From the human T2T-CHM13v2.0 reference genome, Homo sapiens, in assembly GCF_009914755.1 (NCBI RefSeq), contig NC_060928.1: a stretch of 64,000 nucleotides of DNA; one strand, written 5' to 3'. This document shows, piece by piece, positions 45,706-59,807 of the stretch (positions within the stretch are counted from its first letter, which is position 1; each line of letters begins with the position of its first letter). The notes beneath the pieces were generated by a model. It saw only the letters and a list, made by a program, of their open reading frames with translations. It was not told the DNA's origin and made no database searches. Made by a program: the position numbers and the translations under genes.

Positions 45706-47065
45706 TATCTTCAAAAGGCCCCATTTCTTAAGGGCCTTTTGAAGATAGGCACGTTTTAGCCACATTAACCCATATTATCTGGGGAGAGTGACACATAACT
45801 AGCTTGGCTATAGCATGGATGGATTTCTACCTCTGAACAGGAGTTAGAAAAGACTTCCAAGTTGGAGTTAGACTTCTTGGTTTGGAGTTAGACACCAAAC
45901 CAAGACCCCACACCAAGGAGAGGGGAAAACAGTAAAATTGGGACATTGAGTTTTTCACATATTTATTCAATTTAGAAAGTTATCCTTTATTCTGAGTTTA
46001 TGCCCTTTATACATTTGGGGTCTGAAGTGATCCTGTGTCTGTGTTCGCACGTGTGTGCACTTTTCCTTTTGATACTAAAATGTCCATTATTCTAAGAAGT
46101 GATGGTCTCCAGAGATGTTAGTTTTTCTAAATGTATGGATAAAATAAGTGAGTAATTTGTGTTAGACCTTGACTGTTCTGTTTTTTTGACATTATACTGC
46201 CAGTGAAACCTTAAAGAAGGGAGGATAACTACTTTAGGGGAGTCACTGGTAACTAAGAGAAAACAAGTACCTAGCTAACAGGACACCAAACTGATCAATT
46301 TGAGTGGAAGAGTGGTGCTTGACCTGTCTATGGCCTGAAGGGGTGCTGTGTGGGGTGAGGAGATTCTAGAAGCCTGGCAAGCTGGATGGAGTCCCGGGCA
46401 CCAGGGAAGACAATGTTTCTGGGAGTAAAAGGTGCTGTAAGGAAAGGCAGAAATCTTCCTGATGATGACCGCTCATCTGTTTCCCAGCTTCTGCCAGGGC
46501 AACTCCCCAGACACGGACAGCAGCCACCCAAACCCTTGTTTGGTCTATGAGGCAATTTTTCTTTCTTTCTCAGAAGGGGCTGATGTGAGTTGGTCTTTGC
46601 AGGCACCTTGCCCACAACTTCCCCACTCCCCCACATCTCAAAACAGTGTTTCCTAGAACACTGTTTTCTGTGAGCTCAAAGTTCATAATAAGCTCGCAGA
46701 CATCACACCCAAGACATCGAGCCAGCTTGTGATGTGAAGAAGTGCTTGGCCACAAGGCACACGGGCGTGGCTGGCACTGGGCCAGAAGCCGTACTGCTCA
46801 CTGACCCTCGGTGGGCAGGGAGTGTGGGCACTGCTGGCCTGGGGAGCTCCACAGAGGAGAAATGTGGGGATCTGCAGTAGTTACAAAAGGCAGCTGCAGT
46901 GACGAGTTAAAAACTGAAATGATTTAAAGACAAAAGAAAAGACACATCTAGTGTCCATTTTAATCTTTCAGAAAGGGCATCAAACTCCAGCACCAGGCAG
47001 AAGGGTGGCCAAAGTGGCCAAGTTCTTTTTTAATCTGCGGCTTCTCCTGCTTTTGCCACACACTT

Positions 47066-47540
47066 AGTTATCTATTGTTGGAAACAAATTATTCTGAGAC
47101 CAAATGACTTACAACACTTATCTCACACTTTTGTGGGCCAGGAGTTCTGGAATGGTTTAGCTGAGTGCCTGTGTCTCCAGATCTTTCATGGAGTTGCAGT
47201 CAAGCTGGGCCCAACCAGAGCTGGAGAATACACTTCTAAGCGAATTCCAAGCAGGTCATGGTGCCTCGGTTTCTCGTGATGGGGATTCTCTGCGGGCTGC
47301 CTGAGAGTGCTCCCAACAAAGCAGCCGGCGATGCAGGAGACAGAAAGCCCGAGATCGCAGGAATGGGAGCCGCCACCTCCGTAACCTGGTCTCAGAGGTG
47401 ACGTTCCATCACTTTTACCATATTCTAATCACAAGAAGTGAGGTACTAGGTCCAATTCATACTCAAGGAGGAGGACTGCCTAAGGGCGTGAATATCTGGA
47501 GGCAGATATCATCAGGCCATCTTAGAGGCTGCCTACCACA
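47066..47540 (-). mobile_element. MLT1 (MaLR) LTR
   Basis: TAGTTATCTATTG start; ends GGCCATCTTAGAGGCTGCCTACCACA. Confidence 0.7.
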
Positions 47541-48156
47541 GCTACCCTCCTTATCTTCATATTCATAATAGTAATAATGGAAGGTGTTGACCTAACAAAG
47601 TTGGTGTGAGAATCAGATACAAAAAGGAGTAAGATAGGACTCTGAAAAGAGAGGCCCAAGAAAGGCAGTGTGACCAAAACATCCTTACTTTACCCTCAGA
47701 TCCAGTTATGGAAATGAGCCCAGAAACCTGCCTTTTAACAGCACCCCAGGCATGCTTCAGGCACACCAAGACTTAGAAACCACTCTTTCTACTCTCTAAG
47801 TTGGGAATAAAGAAAGGCAGAGAAATTAGGCAAACAGGGGAGCTAAGAGGTGAATTCTTTAAGCCCCCAGCTGCTTTCCCTTGCCCTGTCCTTTAAATAA
47901 CTCTTCTAGGCTGGATCTGTTCTCAGGGCAACTGTGAGTTGATGGAAATGCTGGCAATACCAAGTACGTTTCACAAACTGAATCTCACTGGAGCAGTGCC
48001 CTGAGACCCCACTCCAAATCTCCCATCAGTATGATCAATATCCCACGCTCCACAATTATCTTCTCCCACCCTATAGCAGCCTTTGAAGCCAGGATTCTAT
48101 GACAATGCTTAAAACAACAAATGTTTTTGGCAAATGACCCTAACAAACATATAAAC

Positions 48157-48270
48157 TTTTTTTTTTTTTTTTAAAAGACTGGGTCTCACTTTGTCACCCA
48201 GACTGGAGTGGAGTGGTGCAGTCACAGCTTACTGCAACCTCAAACTCCTCAGCTTAAGCAATCTTCTTCG
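48157..48270 (-). mobile_element. Alu/FLAM fragment
   Basis: GGGTCTCACTTTGTCACCCAGACTGGAGTG. Confidence 0.75.
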
Positions 48271-49500
48271 CTGGACTTTTTTTGTTTGTTTGTTTTTTGA
48301 TTAACAGTAATACATCTTGAGGCATCACTTAGCTGTCTCCTTGTCAATAGTAAACACTCATTGTTTTACCCAGCAGAAAATGTAGCCACATTCAGCTGCA
48401 ATATACAGTAGACAACAGGTGATTCTTACCATCAAATCAAATTAACAGAAGCTGGAAAGGAGAACGAGATTTCATCAAATCCATGCCAGAGAGAATAATC
48501 CTCAAAATATCCCGCCAATAGGTAGTCCCTTATTTAATCCCTTGGGCAATCAAATCCTTGTCTCAACACTCACAGTGATTTATTTTATATATAACCGAAT
48601 CCTTCCTGCTGTAATTTACAGCATTTTCTTTAGTTCTGACCTTGAGGGAAATAAAGAGCAGATGCTCACACAGCTTTTAATATTTAAAGATCCTTAAGTC
48701 ACTGCTGAGCTTGTCCTGCCAGTGGAGGTGGCAGGGGACACAGGTTGCTGCTTTGTCGCTTTTTCTGCTTTGCTCTGCTTGGCCTATATTTCTGTTTACA
48801 GGAGGCTTGTTCTTATCTGCGTGAATGGAAGACTATGAGTTATTTTCAGGTCAGCACAACTGGAATAACCTGATTTTTTTTTTTTTTTTTTACAAAATCT
48901 ACAAACAATTGTTGGCTCCTATGAGGGGATTTCACTTAAACAGATGATATTTAAAAATTACAATCAATTTTTCCTTAATGCTACTTAAAAGTCAGAAATG
49001 TAAAAACTTGACTTTTTTAGCTGGTCTTTGATTGCTTTAATCTGATATGACTGAGCTTTGTTGAAGCTTGGTTCCATCGTCACCTAGTATTAAAATCAGA
49101 CAGTATTTTCCTTCCTTATCTGCAAAATAAGGCCCTCTGAGTCTTAGAGGTAAATTAATAAGTATTTCCAAAACTGCACATGGGACTGAATAGTCTTCCA
49201 AAGCAACTCCCAAAATAAAGTTCTTAAAGCACCTCTCAGGTTTATTGTTTCTTTATATTTTGTTGCAAGGTGGGCAAAAAGGGAGTGGCCTGGGCTAAAG
49301 TTCTAGTTCTGATTTCGTCCAGCATTTGTGGATCACAGTTGGCAGCTTTATATGTATACAAATATACACATACACACACTCCCTTTGAGAGCTTATTTAT
49401 ACATATAAACTCATTTATATATGTGTGTATGTGTGTGTGTATATATATTTAAGGCAAAAGGAAGAGCACTTAAATCCCGAGTCTGGCAAGTCTCATGCTT

Positions 49501-49851
<351 letters not shown>

Positions 49852-50986
49852 TCAAAGGCACAATTTTCTTATTGGCTAGATAAGAATAACAATTTTCACC
49901 TTGCCAGTTTGTAGTGAAGATTTCAGATAATGAATATAAAGGAACTGGTATAGACCATGGCCCATAGTAGGTGCTCAATAAATACCTTTATAAAGAAACA
50001 AACACATTGCAATTCTGATATGACGGCTGCCTTCTTATTTAGAAGACTATTCTGCTTGTTTTTTTTTTTATTCTAATTTCTTTGGATTTATAAGCATCCC
50101 CCACAGCTCTTTCAAACCAAGGATCTTCACAGATAACAGTGTCTAGGGAATCTTTCTCTGTTCTCCTAAAACAAGCACTTATTTTTAATGATGGTCTTAT
50201 ATTCTATAAAAATATTAAAATAACATCTTCATATGTAGTATTATATATGAGGGAAAGAGACATTTGAGCCAGTGTTCACACTTGACCATGTTCACACTTT
50301 TAACCAGGTAGAGACTCGTGACTTTGACTCTTATTTTGGCCTTTACTCAGGCTCTGACTGCAGATAAGAATCAGTTTTGCCTAAATTTCAATTGCTTGGG
50401 AAAGGTCCTCGATAACGGAAGTCTACATAGAATTGTGAATAAATACCCCTGTGAAAATAAAGGTTAAGTCTATATGTTTACTTGATAAAGCAGATAATTT
50501 CAGAGTATAAACACAGTTGTGTTTTGACTTCTCTTCCTTTTGCCTTAAATATAGATATTTATTTGTGTGTGTGTGTATGTGTGTGTATTTATATATATAT
50601 AAAGTTGCCCACTGTGATCCACCACTGCTGGAGCAAATCCAGAACTAGAACTTGGTCTCCTGGCCTTCAGCCCAGAGCTCATTACAGTCTCATTCTAAAA
50701 ACAAGTACTTCATACTGATTGCATTTCTACACACACATATGCAGATTTCTGGACACTCTTTCTGTTTTTCTTTCATTTATGTTCTCAATGCTGAACCTTT
50801 ATTAGAATTACATCATCACTGTGGTTCTTTAAATAAGAAACAAAACTCTGTCACAACATCTGAGGAAATTATCTTTTAATGTCCCCAAGCTCTATGCCTT
50901 GGAAAAAAAAAACTTCCTCTGCTGTTCAAGAATAACAGGCCCCAGAACAAGCCCCAAAAATAAATGACAAAGCCCATCTTACTCAC

Positions 50987-51002
50987 AGGAGGAAAGGATC
51001 AT
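50987..51002 (-). CDS. TXK: TXK coding exon 1 (MILSS plus the first base of Tyr)
   Basis: GCTACCATGATCCTTTCCTCCT|GTGAGT; good Kozak (-3 A) and consensus donor; phase 1 matches exon 2. Confidence 0.93.
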
Positions 51003-51320
51003 GGTAGCCCCTTCTGCGGGGAGCACACAACAGTCTTCAGTTCTTCTGCGGTGCTCTACTCACAAAAACACATCTTTCAACTGAAATCATAGTTCGCTCA
51101 AGATGTTTCTCACGGGCAGAGTTAACCCCACCTATTTTCCTGTTCTGAAAACCTCAGAAGAGTATAAATGACAACCAATGGCATATATAAGAAAGCTCAG
51201 TAATCTCCATCCCAATCTCTGAGGGTATCTGCTATTAGTCTCTCATCCCCAAAGGTGTGGGTGACTCGCAAACATCATTTTCAAGAAATCACAAAATTTT
51301 GGTAAAAGGCACCTTTAAAA
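51003..51320 (-). promoter_or_regulatory. TXK: TXK 5' UTR and proximal promoter (non-CpG-island)
   Basis: Position upstream of the ATG; CAGGAAAA (ETS/NFAT-like, about 51135), TATATA about 51183, AGGTGTGG T-box-like 51253-51260. TSS cannot be fixed from sequence. Confidence 0.6.
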
Positions 51321-52076
51321 TTATCAAATCAAACTGCCCTCTCTGGACTGGGAAGGAAATGAAGGCACAGACAGAATAAGGGACTTGCCCAAGGCCACAC
51401 CGTGAGTGGCAGAAACAATTAGATTCTAGGCTCTGGAATATTGAGTTTAGAATGTTCCATCCTCCCACTCAGCAGACACTTTATTTGGGGGAAGTCAATC
51501 TAGTAATAACCCTAAAATGTGATTGGGGGATGGCTGAGAAATATAAAAACACCAACAATACAAAACACACTTGGGAGTTTCACTTCATCCCACTGGAAAG
51601 CATAACCATGTGTCAACTAATTAACAGAGCAACTTTAATGAAGACACAGCATATTCTAATCGCCCTTCCAATTTCCTGGTTTAGATTAAGGTCTCCTTAG
51701 CATTCTGGGTGATGACTGTTATTTTTACTTCACCTTTTGCCTTTGTTATGCTTTCGTATAAAACTTTTTTTCTAAGTCTTAGTGAAAAATATTTAAAGAT
51801 TTTTGAAGGAAATGTTGACAAATGTTGCCAGGTGCTATCTATCTTGTTTTCCCATAAAAAGCATACACTGACCATTAGGACAGGGACTCTATCTTCTCCT
51901 CACTCTCTTTCATACCACCTAGTACTTCCCGTAGCTCCTCAAGGTGAAAAGGGAAGTATGGGATGGGAGGAGGGAAGGTCAGGAAGGAAGGAGAAAAGGC
52001 TGACAGTGATAGTAAGGTAGAGTGTGCCAGGACCGACTCCTTCAATGAGCTACAAGTCAGTTAAAAGTTGTGCATG

Positions 52077-52546
52077 GTTAGCAACCAAAATGCCCATCAA
52101 TGATAGGCTGGATAAAGAAAATGTGGTACATATACACCGTGGAATATTATGCAGCTATACAGAATGAAATCATGTCCTTTGCAGGGACATGGATGGAACT
52201 GGAAGCCGTTATCCTTAGCAAAGTAATGCAGGAACAGAAAACCAAACACCACATGTTCTCACTTATAAGTGGGAACTGAACCATGAAACACATGGACACA
52301 GGGAGGGGAACAACACATACTGGGGCCTGTTGGGGAGGGCAGATGAGGGGAGAGCATCAGGAAAAATAGCTAATGCATGCCAGGCTAATATCAGGAAATA
52401 TATATATCAGGCTAATATCAGGAAAAATAGCTAATGCATACCTAGGTGATGAGTTTTTGATAGGTGCAGCAAACCACCATGGCACACGTTCACCTATGTA
52501 ACAAAACTGCACATCCTGCACATGTACCCTGGAATGTAAAAAAAAA
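52077..52546 (+). mobile_element. 5'-truncated older L1PA 3' end between TEC and TXK
   Basis: GGATAAAGAAAATGTGGTACATATACACC...CACATGTACCC; TSD AAAAGTTGTGC(A/C)TG at 52063 and 52543. Confidence 0.92.
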
Positions 52547-52679
52547 GTTGTGCCTGTTTTTGTGATGGGGGTACAGTTAAACAGGTAGACAAGAAGGAAT
52601 GTGGCAGATTGTGATAAGGCTCGGGATAAGCAGTTTACTTTCTTCCATTATGAGGGGCACAGGAAAAGAATAAACACAG

Positions 52680-54243
52680 CCTTCAGTGGATGGACTGCCT
52701 GGTGCACAGACTCTAGACTGACCAGGATGAAATGAAATGGTTCTCCAGGGTCAGAGTGAAGGCGCTGCCCAGAGCAGCCAGCCTGTGTGTTCACCCAATG
52801 CTCCAGAGCAGACCATCGTGGCCTGCAGAGGAGACGCAACTCCTGAAGGGAAGGCGCTGTGTCTTCCTCGGCTAGTTACCCCACCAACAGCAAGAATAAC
52901 GTGTTGGGCAATAAACGGTCTCTGGATGACTGATACAGTTTCTTTTCGCTGGCGCTCACGTGACCGAGATAGTTTCTTTTCCTTGGCGCTCACAAGGCAA
53001 AAAGGAAGGCCCTAATTCCGTTGATGTCTTAGTAGAGCTTCTAAGGGTGGGAAATCCACACACACAGTCTTGACAGCAGGGTCTCCTGAGAGGCTGTACA
53101 ACAATCCCACCATCCAGGAACCCAAGTCCAACCAGGCCTCCTGAAAAACGTCCGGGAGGCACGGAACACCATGCTGGCTGCTTCTCTCCGTAGCTTCCTG
53201 GATCCTCCGCCACAGCTCAGGCTGCTTCCGGGTCCTATGTGAGGTGGGGGCAAACTTTGTTGCGAAGGTCACCTGATCCTTCTGCCCCAGAGCTCAGCAC
53301 TTCCAATTATAGTGTCTGTGTCCCAGGGAATATTCTTAAGGCTTAGAAGCAGATTACCCGGTTTAATTTTCCATCTGATTCTGATTAGCTGCGGCCACCA
53401 TGGGCAGGATTACATAGGCCAAATGCACGTGGTTAAGCTGGACAGGCATCCCCAGACACATTTACCTGAGTGAGGAGGGGGCGTTACTCATAGAAGAATC
53501 TAGACTTTCTTCTCTTCAGGCATATTTGATGTTCAGGGGGAAATGAATTAACAGCTATAAGGCACAGTCTCTAGTCCTAAGAAGGTGAACTCCTATACTA
53601 CAGGATTAAAAGTTTCAATTAAAAGACAATTCGTGTTTCTCATAAATATATAACTTTATATATTATATATATTTACAATATATACAGCATACAAATATTG
53701 TTCATGTAATACTAAGAGCAGTCTTGAAAACTGAGATGTTTTCAAAACAAAAGATAGGTATTTATTTATCCAAGATGGGTTCCTGATGTATCTAGAACCC
53801 AATTGTAGACAATGTCTCAGGCCCAGATTTCTGTAGAAGTCAAAGGGAAAAAGAAGGGTTGCTTGGTCATGACTCTAATACCCTTCCCCTTCCCAAATAC
53901 CCTGGCCTTCAACTGGCATCAGCTAACATGGTCCCATGTGTGCACCCCTGAATGGCCAAACCCTGGGGCTACACACAGTGCCTGGTAAACAACTGTCACT
54001 CAAGTGCCTGAGGAATGAATAGAAATGAGTGATTTTAATCACCATTTCTAAGGCAACATTTCCACACTCTGGGAGATTCTGTCTAGAAGCAAGTCTAGAC
54101 AGAGGCTGGTCTAGAAGCAAATTATGTGTTTCCACTGTATAAGTAAAATGATCTACATGTCCAAGTGCTCAATAAATTAAAAGCCACAAAATGCCCATCC
54201 TTCCTTGTGCTTGGGAATCTGGGAGCCACTGGTCACACATCAC
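52680..54243 (-). other. TEC: TEC 3' UTR / 3' region
   Basis: Follows the stop codon; repeat-free unique sequence; minus-strand AATAAA at 53761-53766 and ATTAAA at 53362-53367; distal end uncertain. Confidence 0.6.
53761..53766 (-). terminator. Candidate proximal polyadenylation signal of TEC
   Basis: AATAAA on the minus strand followed by U-rich CTTTTGTTTTG. Confidence 0.55.
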
Positions 54244-54327
54244 TTATCTTCCAAAAGTTTCTTCACATTCAACTAGTTCATCTATTGTGCGCAGCAGATC
54301 TTCGAAAGAAGGCCTTCCCTCTGGTTT
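54244..54327 (-). CDS. TEC: TEC last coding exon (KPEGRPSFEDLLRTIDELVECEETFGR*)
   Basis: AG acceptor, 84 nt including TAA at 54244-54246; recognised TEC C-terminus. Confidence 0.96.
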   Translation of the reverse strand, partial: KPEGRPSFEDLLRTIDELVECEETFGR

Positions 54328-55489
54328 CTACAATTAAAAGTCAAAGAGAAGCTGTGGGTTCCAGAATCCATTCCAAAAAACCTCTCACTGCTCCAACTCC
54401 TAAACACAGCATATTACAGAGAGACTTCACTGCTTTGGGACTAGGACATACAGGCATCTCCAAAGGGGTCTTGTCTCTACCCTAATTTACCCTGCATGTA
54501 CTGCTGCTAGGCTAACGTTTCTAAGACACTGCTTTCATGTCTCTCTTCAAGACCCTGATAGACCTTTTTACTGCCTGTGAAATCAAGTCCTGCAAATTTG
54601 TAGGAGCCTCTATAATCTGCCACTTCCCGACCCTCTTGTTACCCAATCTTGTTCCCCACAAAATCCCTCACATGGGCTGTCTGTTAAATAGGGCCACTGT
54701 CTCCACTGTTGTGCACACTGTGTTTATAACCACCTCCTTACCTTTGCTCAAGCTGTTCTCTCTCCCTTTAGCACCACTTCCTGCCCAGAATGTCTCTGCC
54801 CATCCCAATCAATGCTCTTGGGAGGCAGTACAGCAAGTGGTTGAGACTCTGGGCTTTGGAATCAGACAGGCCTATACTGTTCTGTAGCTAAGTGACCCCA
54901 GGCAAGCAGCAACCTCATGACCCTTAATCTTCTCATCTACAGAGTGGCTACAGTCAAAGTATCTCCACCTCAAAGTGTTGTTTTGAGAACTAAATCCAAA
55001 ACACTAAGTATAGTGCCTGGTACATAATACATGTGAGCTAATGTTACTGTCTTTCAGAAGTCATTTGGTATCTAATCTCTTTTAGGAGGTAACATTTCAA
55101 TACTTTCAAAGACCTCGGAAAGTTGAGGTTTAGAGAAAGAAACCAACTCTGGTAAAAAAATAATACTTCAACTCTACAAGTGAACCAATGAAAAAAGAGC
55201 TACTTATCCAGGCTTATTCCCCAAGTCCCTATCTCAGGCAACCATGGAAGGAGTCCCACTTGGAAGTGAGGAAGCAGCCTGAATGTATCGAGGTAGTTAT
55301 TAGCATTTTCCACATCTTTACATTCTTCTTCCCGTTATTCAGAACTTGAGTTGAGAGGGTTGGCTTCCTACCTAGAGCTTGAAATCACTATAAAGATGCA
55401 CCACCTCACTAGGCTATAAAGACTGCATGTTATCCATCTACCAAGCCCAATCCCTAAGAGATTCAAAAAGAAAGCACACAAAAAATCTA

Positions 55490-55873
<384 letters not shown>

Positions 55874-57331
55874 TTACACCTCTGAAGAACAATCTGTTTT
55901 TTCTACTTGCTCTTTCATTTTTTTCCCCTTGCAATCAAAAACACAGTTGACTGAAGTCCAACAAGCATCCGGTTGAAGCTAAATGTTCACCTCAGTGGCC
56001 ACACCTGGTGATTTCCAACTTCCTCTCAGCTTAATTTAAGTGCATGAGATGGATCCATCACCACGTTACCATCTGCACTTTCATTTTTCTGTTTTTCTTT
56101 CTTTTTATAAGGCAGTAGAGACAAGGTATCATAAAATAGTTTGCAAGCTTTTCTTTGTAAGCAATTTTGTTCTTTAAATAAAATTTTACCCAAAGGCCCC
56201 ATATGTAAAAAATCTAAAGCAGAGCTGCTCCAGAGGAAGTGGTATAAAGCATCTAGAAACACACAGGCTTTCAGGCCTCCAATTCCACAGAGCACAATTT
56301 AAAACTACAGCATATGAAAATAGCAAATGCAAAAAAACAAAAACAAAAACACAACACAAAATGCCACATGTAAATGGTGGAGTATGTATTTATACATAAC
56401 ATCCCCACATACATACATACACTCAAAACAATACTATATAATTTTTCTATGTGAACATACAATGTCCTTCTGGAAGAACATACAAAAACTGGTAACAGTA
56501 GCTAACTTTAGGGGAGAATCCTTGATTAGGGTTGGTAGATGAAAAGACTTCAGCCCTTTCTGTAAGGTGGGCAGCACATATTTACAAAAGGAATGTATCT
56601 CTGTATTGTGTGTGAATATACCATTAATTTCTAAAAGGTTCCATGAGAAAATTTTCGAAGAATTGCACAAACATCCTTTGCTATGTAGACAAAGATGGTG
56701 ACTCGGCACAAAGCCAGCTGCTGGCTGGCAGACAATGCCACTGTGGGCTGGATCAAACTGTCAGCCAGTGGAGTCTGAATTTAGGGTATAAAGAGGTTTT
56801 TGAGTGGTTGATACAAAAGTGCAGATTTTCTGAAAGCCTAACATATGAAGATTGAACAGATGAAAGCGGCAGACAGCCTGTCAAATATATAGTATCTGTA
56901 TATAAAAGCAAATAAAGAGCATTGGGTAATTAATATCCTAAGAGTTGGAAGTTCTGGTCCCATTTCTGACAGTAACAGTTTTCTAATCTCCCTGGGCCTG
57001 AGTTTCCTTAGGAGTTAAACTTGGCCCTACATGGCCTGGTCTTTGCCTGCATTTATGAGCATTCCTGGCGCTGCCCGTTGGCCAGCTACCCTGGCGCTTT
57101 TTCCGTTCCTTGAGCAGGCCAGACGTGTCCTAGACTTCAAGCTTTTTCACTTTTTCTTCCTACCTGAAATAGTTTATCCTTTTATTTTCACCTACACTGG
57201 CTACTTCCTACCTTTTCGTCTCCAGTCAAATCTGCCTATCACAAAGAGGTCATCCTGAACATCAGATCAAGTAGCCACCCTCACTCTTGCCCTGCATCAT
57301 CATTCAGCACCACCCCAAATTATCTCTATTA

Positions 57332-57630
57332 CAGGGATCAGTCAACTTTTATGTAAAGGGCCAGATAACACATATTTCAGATCTGGCAGGCCATACAGTC
57401 CCCGTGACAACTACTTGACTCTGCATCTGTAGCAGGAAAGCAGTCACAGGTAACACCTAAATGAATGAGCGAGGCTGTGTCTCAATCACGCTATTTTTAT
57501 GGACAGCAACATTGGAATTTCAGATTTTTTTTTACATGTCATAATATTCTTTTCATTTTTTTCATCCATTTAAAAATGTGAAACCCAAATGAGGTTTGGG
57601 TCAGACTGACAGCCACAGTTTACCAGTATC
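57332..57630. mobile_element. MER58 (hAT-Charlie)
   Basis: TGTAAAGGGCCAGATA, GGCCATACAGTC..CAACTACT, AAATGAATGAGCGAGGCTGTGT. Confidence 0.75.
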
Positions 57631-58182
57631 GACCGTGCTCGATCATGTAACTTTATCAGGTCTTCTGATTCACCCTCTTCCTCAATGTAAGCTGCATGCG
57701 GGCAAGGACTTGTAGGTCTTATTCTCTATATGGTTCAGCTTATCATTATGCCTGGCACAGAGCAGGCACCTGATTTTTTATGGGTGGATGTATGGATGAA
57801 TGAATGGATAGACGGAGGGAGAAGAGAGAAAAAATAAACTAAATACCTTTAAAAGGTATTTTATAATACTATTAAATTATAAAAATTAAGAGAAGAAAAA
57901 CACTGCAGACATGGACATACTAAGAACCTCACCACCAAATATGTTTTTGTGAAAACAAAAGATTCTAGAAATCTAATCCACACCAGGAAATACAGTGTAT
58001 TTAACAGGCTATACTACCACCTAGTGGAGAGAATTACTACCATCACAATATATACTTAATTTAATCTGAGAACCAGTTAACAAGATTTCCTTTCTGCTTC
58101 ATCAGTGCAAATTATTCCCACACTTATTAATTCCACCAAAAAAATGCAAACATCACCTAAAACCACGTATACTTGGACATAC

Positions 58183-58247
58183 CTGGCCATTCCAAAATCA
58201 GATACTTTTACAACTCCCGCCTCACTTACTAGACAATTTCTGGCAGC
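58183..58247 (-). CDS. TEC: TEC kinase exon ([22 protein letters not shown])
   Basis: 65 nt, DFG motif, AG/GT ends. Confidence 0.97.
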
Positions 58248-58431
58248 CTGGAAAACAACATTATGATGGTATATTAGTTTAAAAATTCTATCATTTAAGT
58301 AGGAAAATGTAAGTTCTATTTATATTAAATTTAGTGTAACCTAGTCAACATTTGCAGAGAGTGGAAACACCCTTTAATAAGTTGTTTTTACCCCTATGGA
58401 AGTATTTCCATTGTGTATTTGAAAAAAATGA

Positions 58432-58778
<347 letters not shown>

Positions 58779-59015
58779 AACTGTCATTCTTAAACAAGGG
58801 CTAATAGAAGGGTCAACTCACTTTTCTCCTTCCCAGACCTGTTCTTATTAAACTATCCAATTTTCTTACTGACAATGAGAACATCTCTTGAAGTCCTTAA
58901 TCCGGTTCTCACTAGGTGAGCTTAATAACACACAACCATCAAAATGATGGGCGACCAATCTCTTATCCAATATTTCTGCTCAGTGATTGGTCATCTCATC
59001 CCAGTCAAAGAACAG

Positions 59016-59309
<294 letters not shown>

Positions 59310-59494
59310 CTATGTGTAAATACAGTTTGCTTTTTCATTTATGTTCCCAGTATATTATAACATGATGTACAAAATTGGTCAAATACAATTGTGGATTATT
59401 TAATTTATATTTTCTTGCATGTTCTTCAAGGTTACAAGGTTTAAGAAAATAGTTTGATAGAAAGACGTGGTATTTCTCAAAAGGAAGACAAGAA

Positions 59495-59807
<313 letters not shown>

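Noticed and set aside
52669-52915. Plus-strand AATAAA hexamers as the TEC poly(A) signal
   Set aside because: Wrong strand for TEC, and no evidence of an antisense gene from sequence alone.
52648-53272. Overlapping 60-90 aa ORFs in the TEC 3' region as a hidden gene or processed pseudogene
   Set aside because: No recognisable domain, no poly(A) or TSD, ORFs in several frames as expected from higher GC content.
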